DNA from: Octopus vulgaris
Lineage: Eukaryota
Assembly: GCA_951406725.2 (NCBI GenBank)
Contig: OX597833.1
Location: forward strand, 8,556,001 to 8,620,000
Direction: 5' to 3'
Length of the DNA stretch: 64,000 nt
Shown: positions 39,339-52,478 of the stretch, one piece after another
Layout of the letters: each line of letters begins with the position of its first letter
Position numbering within the stretch: the stretch's first letter is position 1
The notes under the pieces: generated by a model
What the model was told of the DNA's origin: nothing
The model's database searches: none
Seen by the model: only the letters and a program-made list of their open reading frames with translations
Translations under genes and position numbers: made by a program

Positions 39339-39346
39339 AACAGAGC
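39339..39346 (-). CDS. Candidate 8-nt microexon (GCTCTGTT), frame-disrupting as assembled
   Basis: Minus strand reads ctttgatttctttcaaattgcag|GCTCTGTT|gtaagt. Good splice sites but length is not a multiple of 3. Confidence 0.35.
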
Positions 39347-39589
39347 CTGCAATTTGAAAGAAATCAAAGCTATATAACTTGACTAGAATACAGGTACCAT
39401 AGACCCTCACAGACAGTGACATCAGCAAGAATGGTTAGAAAACAAAAAAACATCCAGTTTTGATATCAACAACCAAATAGTGTGGTTATCATAATCACAG
39501 CTTGGCAAAGATTTATAGTTTTTGTGTTCGTATGTATGTATGTATGTAGGTGTGTGTATATATAAATAGGCATGTATATATAAGGCAAT

Positions 39590-40140
39590 TACGGATATGA
39601 AGACAAGGAATGTCTAAGGACCATCAGGAATTATTAGTGAGATGCTCAAAATACTTGGTGGCATAGTGTACGGCCTGGTCACTTGTGTAGCTGGGTTAGC
39701 CAGGATGACTGTAGCAGAAGTTTTATAGTTAGCTGCTGGAAGGGTTCAAAACAACTCCAGAAGTATCAAACTACTCGAGCAGGTCAGAGAGTTGTGTCCC
39801 AATTGATTAGGAATAGAATCGAACAAGATGAGAAGTAATTTGGTTTTGTGTCTGGGGAGAGTAGCACAGATGCCCTTAGTGAAACAGATACAAAAGCATT
39901 TGGCCAAAAGTTGACTATTGCACTTCAGTCAGCCTGGAGAAGGCTTTTGATAGAGACCCTCACTCTGTTATTTGGTGGTCTCCATCGAAGTTGGTAGACA
40001 AGTGGCTTTTGGGAGTTATACAAGCTTGTATAGAGGAGCTGCAAGGAATCCCATTCATTACACCCAGTGCAAAACTATAGACACCCACAAGAGGTGCAGC
40101 AGAATTACAGGTTGGTTAATGGAGAGATTACATGTTGCTG
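39590..40140 (+). mobile_element. Highly decayed RTE RT fragment
   Basis: ggtttt..gcctggagaaggcttttgataga (LEKAFDR) and C..CK...HKRC remnants. Confidence 0.6.
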
Positions 40141-41029
40141 AGTGTACATGTGGGAGTGCATGTATGCAAGTATGTGTGTTTGTGTATGTGTGGGTGTGAG
40201 AGGTGAGGTGACGAGTGTTAGTGCATCGGTGTGCTTGTGTGTGTGCCTGGATATGAGTGAAGGAGGACGGGTGTGCACATGTGCATACGTGTATTAGAGT
40301 GTGAAGAGGTCTTTTGTACATGCCAGGAAATGCGAGTGTGTGTGTAACATGTGAGGGATGCAAGCTGTGTGTGTGGAAGATGAATTGAAATTAAGAATAA
40401 TTTGTTTTAAAAAATAAAAAAAAAAACAAAATTAAAAAAATTAAGGTTAAAAGAATTTCTTTCAAAAGTTGTGTGGAAGATGTTCTGGGGGGGGGAGGAG
40501 GTTGTTCAGTTCAAACGAGGTTTGCGTTTGAAGAGAGAAGTTCTAGTACCAAGGCCAAAGACAGTGAGGTGCTGCGAGATGGAATGACCAGCAGAGCAAA
40601 AACGACACGGTCATGATGGGGGTATTTTCACACAGGTCGATATCCCATGAATGTTCAGTAAGTTGGTTGGCTTAGTCTATGGCCCGACTGACCAACTCAT
40701 AGACAGTCAAACCCAAGAATGCAATAGACTTATGCTATGTCCCCTAAACTTTGGTGTAAGTCGTGACAATTAAATCATTGTTATAACGAATATCATTTCC
40801 ATCAAGACTAGTGACCGAAAAAAAATAGCGCAGAATAGAGCGACTGCAAAGTGCAGTGCCTACTAATGCAGTAATAGTAAGCTAGATCTGCTAAAAATAG
40901 CAACCAAATCTCCTTCAAATGATGCTCAACCGTCTTTTACTTTAAAGAAAAAGAAACTAGAGAAAGGAAAGACTCGTTCGATAGTGTAGTCCTAGATACA
41001 TTATGGATTGAAGATAAGGGATTGATGGC

Positions 41030-42130
41030 CATACATGCAGATGCTCAGAAAACAGATTCCATCAGACTCCAGGGGAAGAAACTAGAAGTAGCTGATAGCA
41101 TCCGCTACCTAGGTGACCAAATTAGTTGTGGGGTGGATGCTCAGAGAGTGTTACCACTAGAATAAGAATAGCCTGGGAAAAGTTCAGAAAGCTTCTACTC
41201 CTACTGGTGACAAAGGGTCTCTCGCTCAGAGTGAAAGGTAGGTTGTACGATGCATGTGTGTGAACTGCCATGCTTCACAGCAGTGAAACATGGGCTGTGA
41301 CTGCAGAGGACATGCATGGGCGTGAAAGAAATGAAGCTAGAATGATCCGCTGGAGGTGTAATGTCAGTGTGTACACACGACAGAGTGTAAGTGCCCTGAG
41401 AGAAATGCTGGACATAATAAGCATAGGATGTGGCATGCAAGAGAGACGTCTGTGCTGGTAAGGTTCTGTACTACGGTTGGATGAGGAGAGATGTGTGAAG
41501 AAGAGCCACTCCCAAACAGTCGACGGAATCTAGAGTAGAGGCAGACCCAGGAAGACATGGGATGAGGTGGTGAAGCATGACCGTCAAACATTGGGCCTCA
41601 CAGAGGCAATGACGAAAGACCGAGACCTCTGGAGATAAGCTGTGACTGTGAAGACCTGGCAAATAAAATGAGTTCATGGCTGTATCGTACACCAGTTTCA
41701 CATAATCAGCCCCGGCCCATTCAAAAGTACCTTGGATCGTAGGGCGACCTGCTGTGCTTGAGGAGACCTATTGAGTCAAGTACATTAACATTAAAATGAA
41801 AATTGTAGTTGTGATACCTGTACTGGTGGCACGTAAAAAGCACCATCCGAATGTGGCTGATGCCAGCGTGGCCTTGAGTGGCTTCTGTGCTGGTAGCATG
41901 TAAAAAGCACCAACCGATCATGGTCGTTGCCAGCCTCCTCTGGCCCCAGTGCTGGTGGCACGTAAAAAGCACCCACTACACTCATTGAGTGGTTGGTGTT
42001 AGGAAGGGCTTCCAGCTGTAGAAACACTGCCAGATCAGACTGGAGCCTGGTGCAGCCTTCTGGCTTCCCAGACCCCAGTCGAACTGTCCAACCCATGCTA
42101 GCATAGAAAACGGACATTAAACAATGATGA
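41030..42130 (+). mobile_element. RTE LINE 3' part with 3' UTR
   Basis: MLHSSETWAVTAEDM...QERRLCW, then UTR ending ggacattaaacaatgatga. Confidence 0.88.
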
Positions 42131-42145
42131 TATAATATATATATA

Positions 42146-43035
42146 TCATCATCATCATCATTTAACGTCCGTTTTCCATGCTAGCATGGGTTGGACGATT
42201 TGACTGAGGTCTGGCGAACCAGACTCAAATCTGATCTGGCAGAGTTTCTACAGCTGGATGCCCTTCCTAGTGCCAACCACTCCGAGAGTGTAGTGGGTGC
42301 TTTTACGTGCCACCAGCACGATGGCCAGTTTGGTGGTACTGGCACTGGCAACGACCTCGCTCGTGTGCTTAACGTGCCATTGGCACAGAGGCCAGCTTGT
42401 TGCTCTGGCAATGATCTCACTCGTATGGTACTCTTAGCGCTCCACTAGCAACGGATACCAGTCACCGAATTTGATTTCGACTTCAATTTCACTTGCCTCA
42501 AAAGGTCTTCGCAAGCAGAGTTTAGTGTCCAATGAAGGAAAGGCACACACAAGTGGACTGGTTACACCCCTGGCATAGGCCACAAGGTTATGGTCTCACT
42601 TGCACTTCTGAAGTACAGCATATTTCCAGAGGTCCCGGTCACTAGTCATTGCCTCGGTGAGGCCCAATGTTTGATGGTCATGCTTCACCACCTCACCCCA
42701 GGTCTTCCTGGGTATATTTCTTCCACAGGTTTCCCTCAACCACTAGGGTGTGGCACTTTTTCACACAGCTATCCACATCCATTCTTGCCACATGGTCATA
42801 CCAGCACAGTCGTCTCTCTTGCACACCAAATCTGATGCTTCTTAGGTCCAACTTTTCTCTCAAGGTTCTTACACTCTGTCGAGCATGCACACTGACATTA
42901 CACATCCATCAGAGAATACTGGCTTTGTTCCTTGCAAGCTTACGCATGTCCTCAGCAGTCACGGCCCATGTTTCACTGCCATGTAGCATGGCTGTTTGTA
43001 CACATGTATCATACAGTCTACCTTTTACATCACGG
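42146..43035 (-). mobile_element. RTE LINE 3' part, tail-to-tail with the previous copy
   Basis: (CAT)n tttaacgtccg...; minus-strand MLHGSETWAVTAEDMRKL and QERRLCWYDHV. Confidence 0.88.
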
Positions 43036-44194
43036 GAGAGAAAAAAATAAGATGAAAGTTGGTGAAAGAGTAATAAAAGAATTTCACATGCAGTAAAACT
43101 TTGTGGAAGATAAAGGAGAAGAGCGAAATTCTGCTTCAACTATTTTAGAAGTAAGTTAAGTAAAAACTACCAATTTATAGTGTGTGTTCCAGCTAGAAGG
43201 AACAGCTGATTTAGAGTGTATAGTGTGGTCGTTTTTAGTGATGCTAAGGCGGCGAGTTTGCAGAATCCTTAGCACATCGGACAAAATGGTTAGCAGCATT
43301 TCGCTTGACTTCATGTTCTGAACTCAAACTGCTGCCAAGGTCAACTTTGCCTTTATTTCGGAATCGATGAAATAAGTACCAGTTGAGCATTGGGGGTCAA
43401 TACAATCGACGAGCTCTTCATCAAATTGCAGGCCTTGTGCCTATACTAAAAAAGGATTATTTACTGCTTCTCTACACTATGTTGATGGTTCTCACTCTGT
43501 CTACGGCTTTAGAGAGGTATATGATTGATTCGCTAGATTTACTGCAGAAAGCCTCTTCATTATGAACTCAAATCCGATCGAAATCAATGCAATCTTTCTT
43601 CCTTTGGGGATCAGAGTAGATAAAGTAAATAGCATTCACGTGCCTAAATTTAAAGTCCCCATTATTATTGGATGAGAGGCGACAGGACCAGAAGTGCATC
43701 AAATTGCATATCTTACAAGAGTTAGTTTCTTCATTTTCCGATTCCTCTGAGATCGAGTTTACCTTTCAGCCTTTGTCGATCAATAAAATTAAGTTACCGT
43801 TACGTAATGATATCCATGAAACTGGCTCTGTTCTCCCACAATTTCATAAACCCTGTGTTTGTATTAGAAATCAATATTGTACAGTACATAGCAGAATGTA
43901 TAGTGTCAGAGACTATTCATTTTGGTATTCAGTGAAGTCAATTTGCATTCTAAATTCAAATCCCACTGAGCTCAAATTTTTCTTTCGGTAATAAAAGTTG
44001 AGCTGACGAAGAAGCCTCTATGTGCACAACTAACATGCATGAAATGGGAGCCAATTTGTGAGAAACACCATGGGCGCCAAGTGAAAAGACACAATGGTTA
44101 CTGCAACCCTATATATATATATATATATCTGTGAAGAAATGGGATAGTCACAGCTGAAATGCTTTTCAGCAGAGGTGAGGCATGAAATTTTTCT

Positions 44195-45850
44195 TGTCAC
44201 CAGCAGAGGTAGGAGCTCTCTGAACTTAGCCCAGGCTATTCTTATTCTAGCAGCTACACTTTCAGAGCACCCACTTGGTCACCTAGGTAACGGAAGCTAC
44301 CAACTACTTCTAGTTTTTCTCCCTGGAATGTGGCAGAAGTTGTTCTCTGCACATTTTCAGTGTTTGTTGCTCCTGAGCATCTGCCACATACAAAAACTAT
44401 CTTCCCAGTTAGCCTTCCTTTGATATTGCTGCACCTCTTATGTGTCCATAGCTTACACTGGGTACATCTTATGGAGTTCCTACCTATGCCTTTTCTATAG
44501 ATTGAGCAGGGCTATCTAGCTGAAGGGATTTGTGGTTTGTTTGCCTTGCTACTTATTAGGACTTTGGTTTTAGCTAGGTTGACTCTAAGGCCCTTTCTCT
44601 ATGTCAACGAAAGCCAGGTACAGAGGTTTATCTTTGGCTAGGTATTTCTCATGCAGCTACACCAGTCATTGGGTATGACTCCGTGTATCATCTGGCTAAC
44701 TGTATGGGTGACTAGGCTATAGCCAACACTGCCAGATATTTTGAGCATCTCTGCATCTCTGATTCCTGATGCATCTCTGCATCTCTGATTCCTGATGGAC
44801 TGGGGGCTTTCCATCTTCATACTTTTAATTGCTTTATCTACCAAGGTACTGTCAATTCGGATAGCTGGTCCCTCTGTTGGGTCGACATTCAGCAGACTCT
44901 CTTTCTCCCATTCATTCTCTTTATTGAGCAACCTTTCACAGTGGTGTCTCCAAACCTCTCTCTTTGCAGCCTTGTTTAGTACAAGTGAACCATCATCCAT
45001 GCAGACACATTTCTCTCCTACATCACAATTCTCTCTCTCACACACTGTCTTGCAACATGAAATACCTCAAGTCTTTGGTCCTCACGGCGCAGAACATTGG
45101 TAAATTTTTTCTTATTTGCTTCCCCTCTGGCTAAATAAACCTGTCTCCCATCTTCTCTTCTGGCAGTCTGATACAATTCCCTACTACCTCTGTTCTTCCA
45201 GTCCTTGCAAGCCTGTTTCTTTTCTCTAATAGCCCTGTCAACCACATTGTTCCACCACCACGTTACCTTGGGTCGAGAGGGGACTTTGGCACCATCCACA
45301 GATCTGGTCAGTGGCTCTCAGCAGGTTCTCCCGTAGAAACCTCCAGTTGTCTTCCACAACATGTGATGCTATATCCCCTTCCATTTCGTCAAAGGCTTCG
45401 AGTAATACATCACTAAATCTCTGTCCATTTGCAGGATCTTTAAGCTTCCAGACCCTTCTACTCCATGCTGGTTGTCTTCTGATCCTGAAGTTGCTAACTA
45501 TTAGTCTATGTTGTGGGGTACATTCTTCGTCTGGGAAGGTTTTGGCATTTATAAACAGCCCTCTTTCCCTTTTTCTGGTGAGGATGTAGTCAATTTGGCT
45601 AGTGTGTCTGCCAGAATGGTAGGTGACTAGGTGACTGGCAGGTTTCCTGAAGTTGGTATTGCAAACCATAAAATCATTTGCATCACAGAACTCTAGCAGT
45701 CTGGTTCCCTCCTCATTGCGGGAACCAAAACCATAGCCTCCATGTACACCATGGAAGCCCCCAGCATGTTGTCCAACATGTCCATTGAAGTCACCAGCCA
45801 CCAAGAGAAGGTCCCTATCATTCGTCAACGCAGTTGTCTGCAAGAGGGTC
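44195..45850 (-). mobile_element. RTE LINE internal fragment (endonuclease C-terminal half to RT flank, with internal deletion)
   Basis: ORF 45238-45927 has AGDFNGHVG, RNEEG.RLLEFC, SQIDYIL, PQHRLIV, followed by TWWWN. Confidence 0.88.
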
Positions 45851-47394
45851 TCAAATTCACATGACCTGTACTGGTGCTTGCTGTGTCCTACATCAGATGC
45901 CAAAGTGATTGCAGAGTACCACGACATGGAGTGTTTTGCTCAAGAACACAACAGGGTCTGGTCTGGAAACTGAACCCACAATCTTGCAATCATGAGTGCA
46001 GCACATTAACCAGCAGGTTATGTGTCCTCATTACACAGGCAACTTCACAAGTCATTCTCATGTTGTAAGGGCAGAAGCAGAAAGCTCTGATGGCGACAAA
46101 AGCTCTCTCTCTGAGTGGAAGCAAGATTGTATTGTGCTTGAGAATGTTACCTGGCAGTGAGTTGTGGGCTGAATATGAAGAAGACCTGTGAAGAAGAGAG
46201 AGGAATAAAGCTAGGGGCTCCACTGGACAAAGTGCTGGTGTTTGAGAAAAAAAGGTAGAAAAGGAAGAAATGTGCAGAGAGAAGGCAATGCTTATTCTCA
46301 GGCAAACTGATGTAAATGGATGAGGAGAGTCACATCAAGTGCCGTTTGCTTAAAACCACTTTTCCTGAACAGAGTCCCCCCCACCTCCATCAAGCATTTC
46401 CCTCACATCACATTCCCTAACACTCATCTCTTCTCTATTTCTGATATTATTTGGCCACCATAATCACCTGAGAGCAGAATAGGTACAGATCACACCTGGC
46501 TCCCTTTCGTCCCCCAATGCCACAATCACTCCTATTCCACTAAGTCTCTTTCTCTCCTTTCTTCATCTCTAACTGGGACATCATCTTTTTTACAGCAAGA
46601 TGCTTATCTCTCTCTTCTTCTGTTATTCTTTTCAACCTCTCACCAACTGGCACAAACCCTTCTCCCTCGACACTACACCCTCCTCCAAATCGAAATGCCT
46701 GTCTTCAAAGCTAGTTGGTGACCCATTGGTGCTGCTGCCCACCAAAAAAGCACCTAGTAAATTCTCTAAAGCAGTTGGCATTAGGAAGGGCACCCAACCA
46801 TAGAAACCATGCTAAAGCAGATGGTAAGCCTGAGCCAACTCTTGCCATACTGTCCAACCCATGCCAGCATGGAAAATGTATATTGAATAACGATGTAAAA
46901 AGGAGAGGCCACCTCTTAAGCCTTTCAAACCAGTCCTCAGTCAGAAAAGGATTTGCTTCAAAAACTGACCATTCATTTCTTCTGCAATGGTCATTATGTT
47001 TATCTTCATGTCCTGTCAGACACAGGAGCCATTCCATATTAAACATAGAATCACATCAAGTAAACGGAGACACTTAAGCACTTGATGACATTTTGCTTTT
47101 CGTTTGCTGCAAACATTAACGATAATACTCTGGCAATATGGCTGAGTCATCTTCTCCAACAACATTCAACTTCATCCTTATAACTTCACCCCTTTAGATG
47201 AAACAGTCTTCCATTTTATTTGATGGATTTTCTTCTAGCCATCGTTAATAAAGGTAATACATTATGCTGTGTGCATTTGAAGTGAAGTCCAACCATGGCA
47301 GCAGAGAAATCCATCTCAAGCAGTAAAACAGAATTTAAATAGAGCTGTTATGTTCATGGTTGCTCATAAATTCAAAGACCTTTCCTGGTGAAGA

Positions 47395-48140
47395 ATATAC
47401 CCATCCACCAGCATAGACTTCAGGCTAGGAGTCCAAGAAGCAGACCATTCTGGAAAGGATTTGGAAGCTCAAGGATCCTTTAAATGGTCAGAGATTTAGG
47501 GATGCCCTAATTGAGAAACTTAATGAGGAGGAGAAGGAACTACAGACTTATAACATAGAGGGCAACTGGGAATTCCTACAGGACAGTTTGCCAAGTACCA
47601 CAGACTAAATCTGTGGCTGGTGCAAAGTCCCAAACCAAACCTAAAGTGATGTTATAGACAAGACCATTAGTGTAAAGAAACAGGCCTGGAAGAATGGTGG
47701 TAGCAGAGAACTATATCAGGTAGCTAGGCGGGAGGCTAGAAGACAGGTATACTCAGCCAGGGGAGAAGCAGAAGGGAGCAACTTTGCCAATGCTCTGTGG
47801 CATGAGGACCAGCGGCTTGAGAGGTTTTGGGTTGCAAGACAATGTGTCAGACAAAATTGTGATGTTGTAGGAGAGAAGTGTGTTCAGATGGATGATGGCT
47901 CACTTGCAGTTAGTGATTCTGCAAAGAAGGAGGCATGGCAGAGCCTCTATGAAAGGTTGCTAAATGTAGAGAATGCATGGAAGAAGGAGAACTTGCCTAA
48001 TGTAAACTCATCTGAGGGACAGGCTGCTATCTGTATCAACAGTAGTTTAGTAGATAAAGCAATTAAAGATACGAAAAACAGTGAAAGCCTCCAGCCAATC
48101 CCGAATCACAGCTGAAATGCTTAAAACATCTGGCAGAGTT
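47395..48140 (+). mobile_element. RTE LINE internal fragment, inverted relative to 44700-45520
   Basis: WKLKDP.NGQRF and MDDGSL...KKEAW...ERLLN shared with the - strand copy. Confidence 0.8.
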
Positions 48141-49676
48141 TCCGTAGCTTGGAGGATTCCTGTTCTATATTGGAATAATTTGGTTTGTAGTTAAGACGAC
48201 ACTAGTTTTATATGTCTTTAGCACAAAACAATATTTCGCAAAGGTCCTACTTACATCACACAAAAATTTGAGATGATTTGTTGCTGACATTTCAAGATGT
48301 TAATAACATTGGAAAACAAACACCCAGAACTTAAGTTAGACAAGTATTAAAAAATTATAAAATATTAGTAATAAATTAGAATACTTTACAATCATTTTTA
48401 TAAATTTATGTTAATTAGAAACTGTGATTCAAAATTCAACAGAATTGTATAAATATCACAAAATGTCTCCAGGAAGTCTTTCGCTTCACTTTGAAGGTGA
48501 AATTTGTTTTTCCTATGGTTTTTTTCTTCTTTTTCATGTATTTTCAACATTAATAACCAACAAAACCGTCAGAAATCACTTTTTTAAAACTAAAATTTCA
48601 CATTCAAAATGAAACGAATGTAAATAAAAAATTACCGAAATTTCGAAGATTCTTCCTCTTTCAGTTCTTTTGACCAGTTGTGTTGTTTACTCTTAGGTTG
48701 GCCATCTTTGAACACATCTAGGCTAGAAACAGTCCAGCAATGACCCTCCCTCACCAATTGCTAAAACCATTGCAGGCGTTTTCGTAAAATAGTTTTTTAA
48801 CGGCAAGAATGGTGCCACTAAATTACTACAATGTCTACTAGAAATAGCAACCAAATCCACCTCAACTCACTATCATTCTAAACTAAGTTCACCTCAGATA
48901 TTGTCATCTTAGACTTTAGTCTAAACGAGAAATCACAATACAGAACTAGAAATACAAAAACTACCGTTTCAGAAACACACCAAAACTTCCCAGTAATTAA
49001 TACTTTGATGTGGGTACAAACTGCCCAGTACTCTTCGCTCTTTGGTTGTTCAGTAACTACCGCCATTAATCCTTTTTCGTCAATGGACACGCGACCAAGT
49101 CTCAAAGACTTAATTCTTCCATTTCGTCCACAGAAAACCACCAAAGTCTGTGGAGCTCTTTTCAGTGGTTCCTCTTTTTGAAAATGAGATTTGGTGGCTG
49201 CATTAAACGTCCCCAGCAATTAGACACAAGTTTCCACAATACATTAAATACTAACTAAATAGAGACACAGTTTTGTTGGATAATTGCAGGAATTTGTTAG
49301 GAAAAACGAACCTAAAAAGAAAGAAATAATATCGAGGAGACAAATAAACCGGAAATTAGAGCCAGTGTCGTCCATAGACATGGAGCACACTTAGCATTAA
49401 TTAGTGATGGGCAGAGTTGGGGGACTTAATGCCATTTAATCTGTGAACAAGGCTCCAAATCTAGGAAAAGATATACGTTGATTTCAGGATTAAATCGACG
49501 TGACCTCGAAAATGCAAAAGTCGACTTTAGTAGGATTCAAACACAGATCGTATAATTTATGCGACTAAATACAAAAGTGTCCAATTACATCTTCATATAA
49601 AAATCCCAACAAAAAAAAATCATCTTCAGTCTTTCTTATTAAGTTTAAAACAAAAGAATAAGGAAGCAATACTTAC

Positions 49677-49682
49677 CATTTC
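49677..49682 (-). CDS. 6-nt microexon (GAAATG; adds G-N)
   Basis: Minus strand reads tttttctttttcctccag|GAAATG|gtaagt. Strong acceptor and donor, phase 1-1. Confidence 0.65.
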
Positions 49683-51889
49683 CTGGAGGAAAAAGAAAAA
49701 AATATATATATTATTCACAAAGATATGAAATAAAACATTTAAAATATATATCATAGAATTGTAATACATCTAATAGGCTTAAATTAAGCTAACGATAATA
49801 ATTTCTACTAAAAGCACAATGCCTGAAATTAAGCTAACGATAATGGTTAACTGGAGGGGGGTGGTTAGGGGCAACTCGGCTCGCGTCGCAGGTTCCGTTT
49901 CTGGATTGAGCAACATGTCATAGAGGAAGGCAAGTAATTTCATGTTGCCCCAGCAATCACCTGTAAAGGTGTACTATCAAGCACCCGGCTGGTACACCCG
50001 TTTCTCACATTCTCAATGTGCTACCGGGTCCAGGTTTGACTAAACAGACGAAAGCATGGCACATGCTAAGCAGCAGGTCACGGCTGAAGTCAATCGGATG
50101 TAATCCTAATGATACTAATGTCCTCCTTGACCGTTAAATTGCTTAAGACAAAAATAAATACATTAAAACAAAGGGATTTTAGGGAGAGGACATTTGCCTT
50201 TCAACATTTTTTCTAATCAAACTGTTTTAATAGTTCTAAACCTACCTAGAAGTTTTTCAGCCTTTATCGGTGAAAAATGTCTGTCTACATATTCTGTGAT
50301 TGAAGCCAATTCCCTCGTCAAAATATTATTGAAGAATACAGGCGTGGTAAATACTGTTGAAAATAAATAAGTGAGGGTGGTCATTCATTGTCTGACTAAA
50401 ACGTCCAGACATTTCAACAGTTTCTGTCTCTCTCTCTCTCTCCCACACACACACACACACGATCGTTTATTATGAGTATTATTCTCAACTAACAGCATAT
50501 TGGTGGACATTAGTACCTAACTGATTACATCTGTCATTTCTTTCTCCCCCACCGACATTGTTCCAGTTTTATTAACATCAGAATTACTCGTGGCTAAAAG
50601 ACAAGACTGTCAAAATATTCGCCAATTTGATATTTCGTTAACTTTTCATCATTTTATAAATAAAATTAATGAAACAGTAAAAACATTAAGATAAAAAAAT
50701 AATCCGAAATGTTCCATTTGAAACGAGGAAAATAAATATTTTGAATGAAGACGCCACAGTTGTGGCGTCTAACGAAGAGATGAACTGACATTTTTTTAAT
50801 TCAAACATTCAATGGAATGGTAAAGCCATTCCCGAAAAGCTCACTTTTCATTTACATTTATTCCCGGGCCTACATTCATAACAATATCTCATGTATAACA
50901 CTGTCTCCCATCTACCACTACCACATTTCCATTACTAACAATATTCAAAGAACCACAAATACAATAATTTGAAAAAGTTTCGAGAAAATGGTCCGAAGCA
51001 TAAAGAGAATATTTTGATAATCCATTTATGGGCCACCACCCTCAGTTGCCCCACAGTCAAGAAGTGTTAGTACAAAGTGAGTGACCCACCCACCCAAGGA
51101 CCCAAGTCTAAAAACTCATTCCCGCAAAACCTCAAAGTTCGGCCGATATTTCTTATGCACAACTTCTAAATCACAAGTCCTAAACCTTCTCCAGGTCTGA
51201 AACCAGTTGAATTTTCTTTTACTCCCCAGAGAAATAAACAGAAGAATGCATCCCAGGGCTGCTATTTTATCGTCCTCAAAAGGATGAATTCGCAAACAAC
51301 GCTTCCATCCAACGATCTTAATGCTTCTACCAAATTGTCCCATCTCTCTCAAGCTCTCTAGTCCTATGTGTATATATATATATATATATATAATCATGTT
51401 CCTATACTACTGAATCGGAAAGTATCTGGTGCGCCTCAAACGGTAATTTATTTAAAACATCATCAATTACGATTCTTGGGGGAGGGGCTTATTCACTCCC
51501 CTGGCCCCGCCCTTTCTCGAATTTTTCAGTTGTGACTTTTTTTAAAAAAATTATTTTTCCTTTGGAATTAATGATTCTCTCTAAACTACAAAAATATAAA
51601 TTTTTCATTTTTTCCCCATTTTCAGCCTTTTTCTCTCACATTTCCGCAATTTTGCCTTTCTTTGACATTCAAAAATTCTTTCAGATTTACATTTTTGTGA
51701 ACATTTAGAAATAAATAGTTTTCAAAAATTAAATTTTCTTCATTTCACTTTATTTGGCGGACTTTCAAAATTTCAATTACAAAAACAATTCTACCCCACC
51801 CCCACTTTCCAAAGTCTTTATTTTCCCCTTTTCCTGAGAACATCAATGAGTAAGAAATTTTCAAAAGCAAGTCAAAACTGAAAAATGAC

Positions 51890-51898
51890 AGAGAGAGA

Positions 51899-51944
<46 letters not shown>

Positions 51945-51959
51945 TAACTGCTTTATGTG

Positions 51960-52043
<84 letters not shown>

Positions 52044-52300
52044 CACACACACAGGTTTCAAAATTTGAATCAGCTGAGACAGAGAGGAGAGATTAGAGAG
52101 AGAAAGAAAGAGAAGAGAGAGAAGGGAGAGAGAGAGAGAGAAGAGAGATAACTGCTTTATGTGTATGTATATATATATATGCATACATACATTTATATAT
52201 GTATACGTGTATACATATATGTATATATATATTCATATACATACACACAGGTTTCAAAATTTGAATCAGCTGAGACAGAGAAGAGAGATTAGAGAGAGAA

Positions 52301-52334
<34 letters not shown>

Positions 52335-52335
52335 G
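51890..52335. repeat. Two-copy ~200-bp tandem duplication built from GA/TA microsatellites and unique spacers
   Basis: gagataactgctttatgtgtatg and cacacaggtttcaaaatttgaatcagctgagacagag each occur twice. Confidence 0.9.
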
Positions 52336-52396
52336 CAGTGGGTGGGGCGCAAACAAAAAGAATTACAAGAAATCAAATCGTTTGGTGTTTGTTTAC

Positions 52397-52478
52397 CTTG
52401 ACAGGAGACTTGGCTCATAAAACCACACATCATGACCAGTAAAATAAATACTCGCATGATACACATGGACTTCGACAT
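52397..52478 (-). CDS. Unnamed secreted/GPI Gly-rich protein, coding exon 1: signal peptide MSKSMCIMRVFILLVMMCGFMSQVSC-Q
   Basis: ATG at 52478, hydrophobic core with a V-S-C cleavage motif, CAAG|GTAAAC donor, phase 1. Confidence 0.75.

Noticed and set aside
48871-48920. Extra - strand microexon candidates (7 nt at 48871-48877, 28 nt at 48893-48920) that would compensate the 8-nt exon
   Set aside because: Both introduce an immediate in-frame stop (TGA or TAA) after the phase-1 junction, and one splice site of each is weak.
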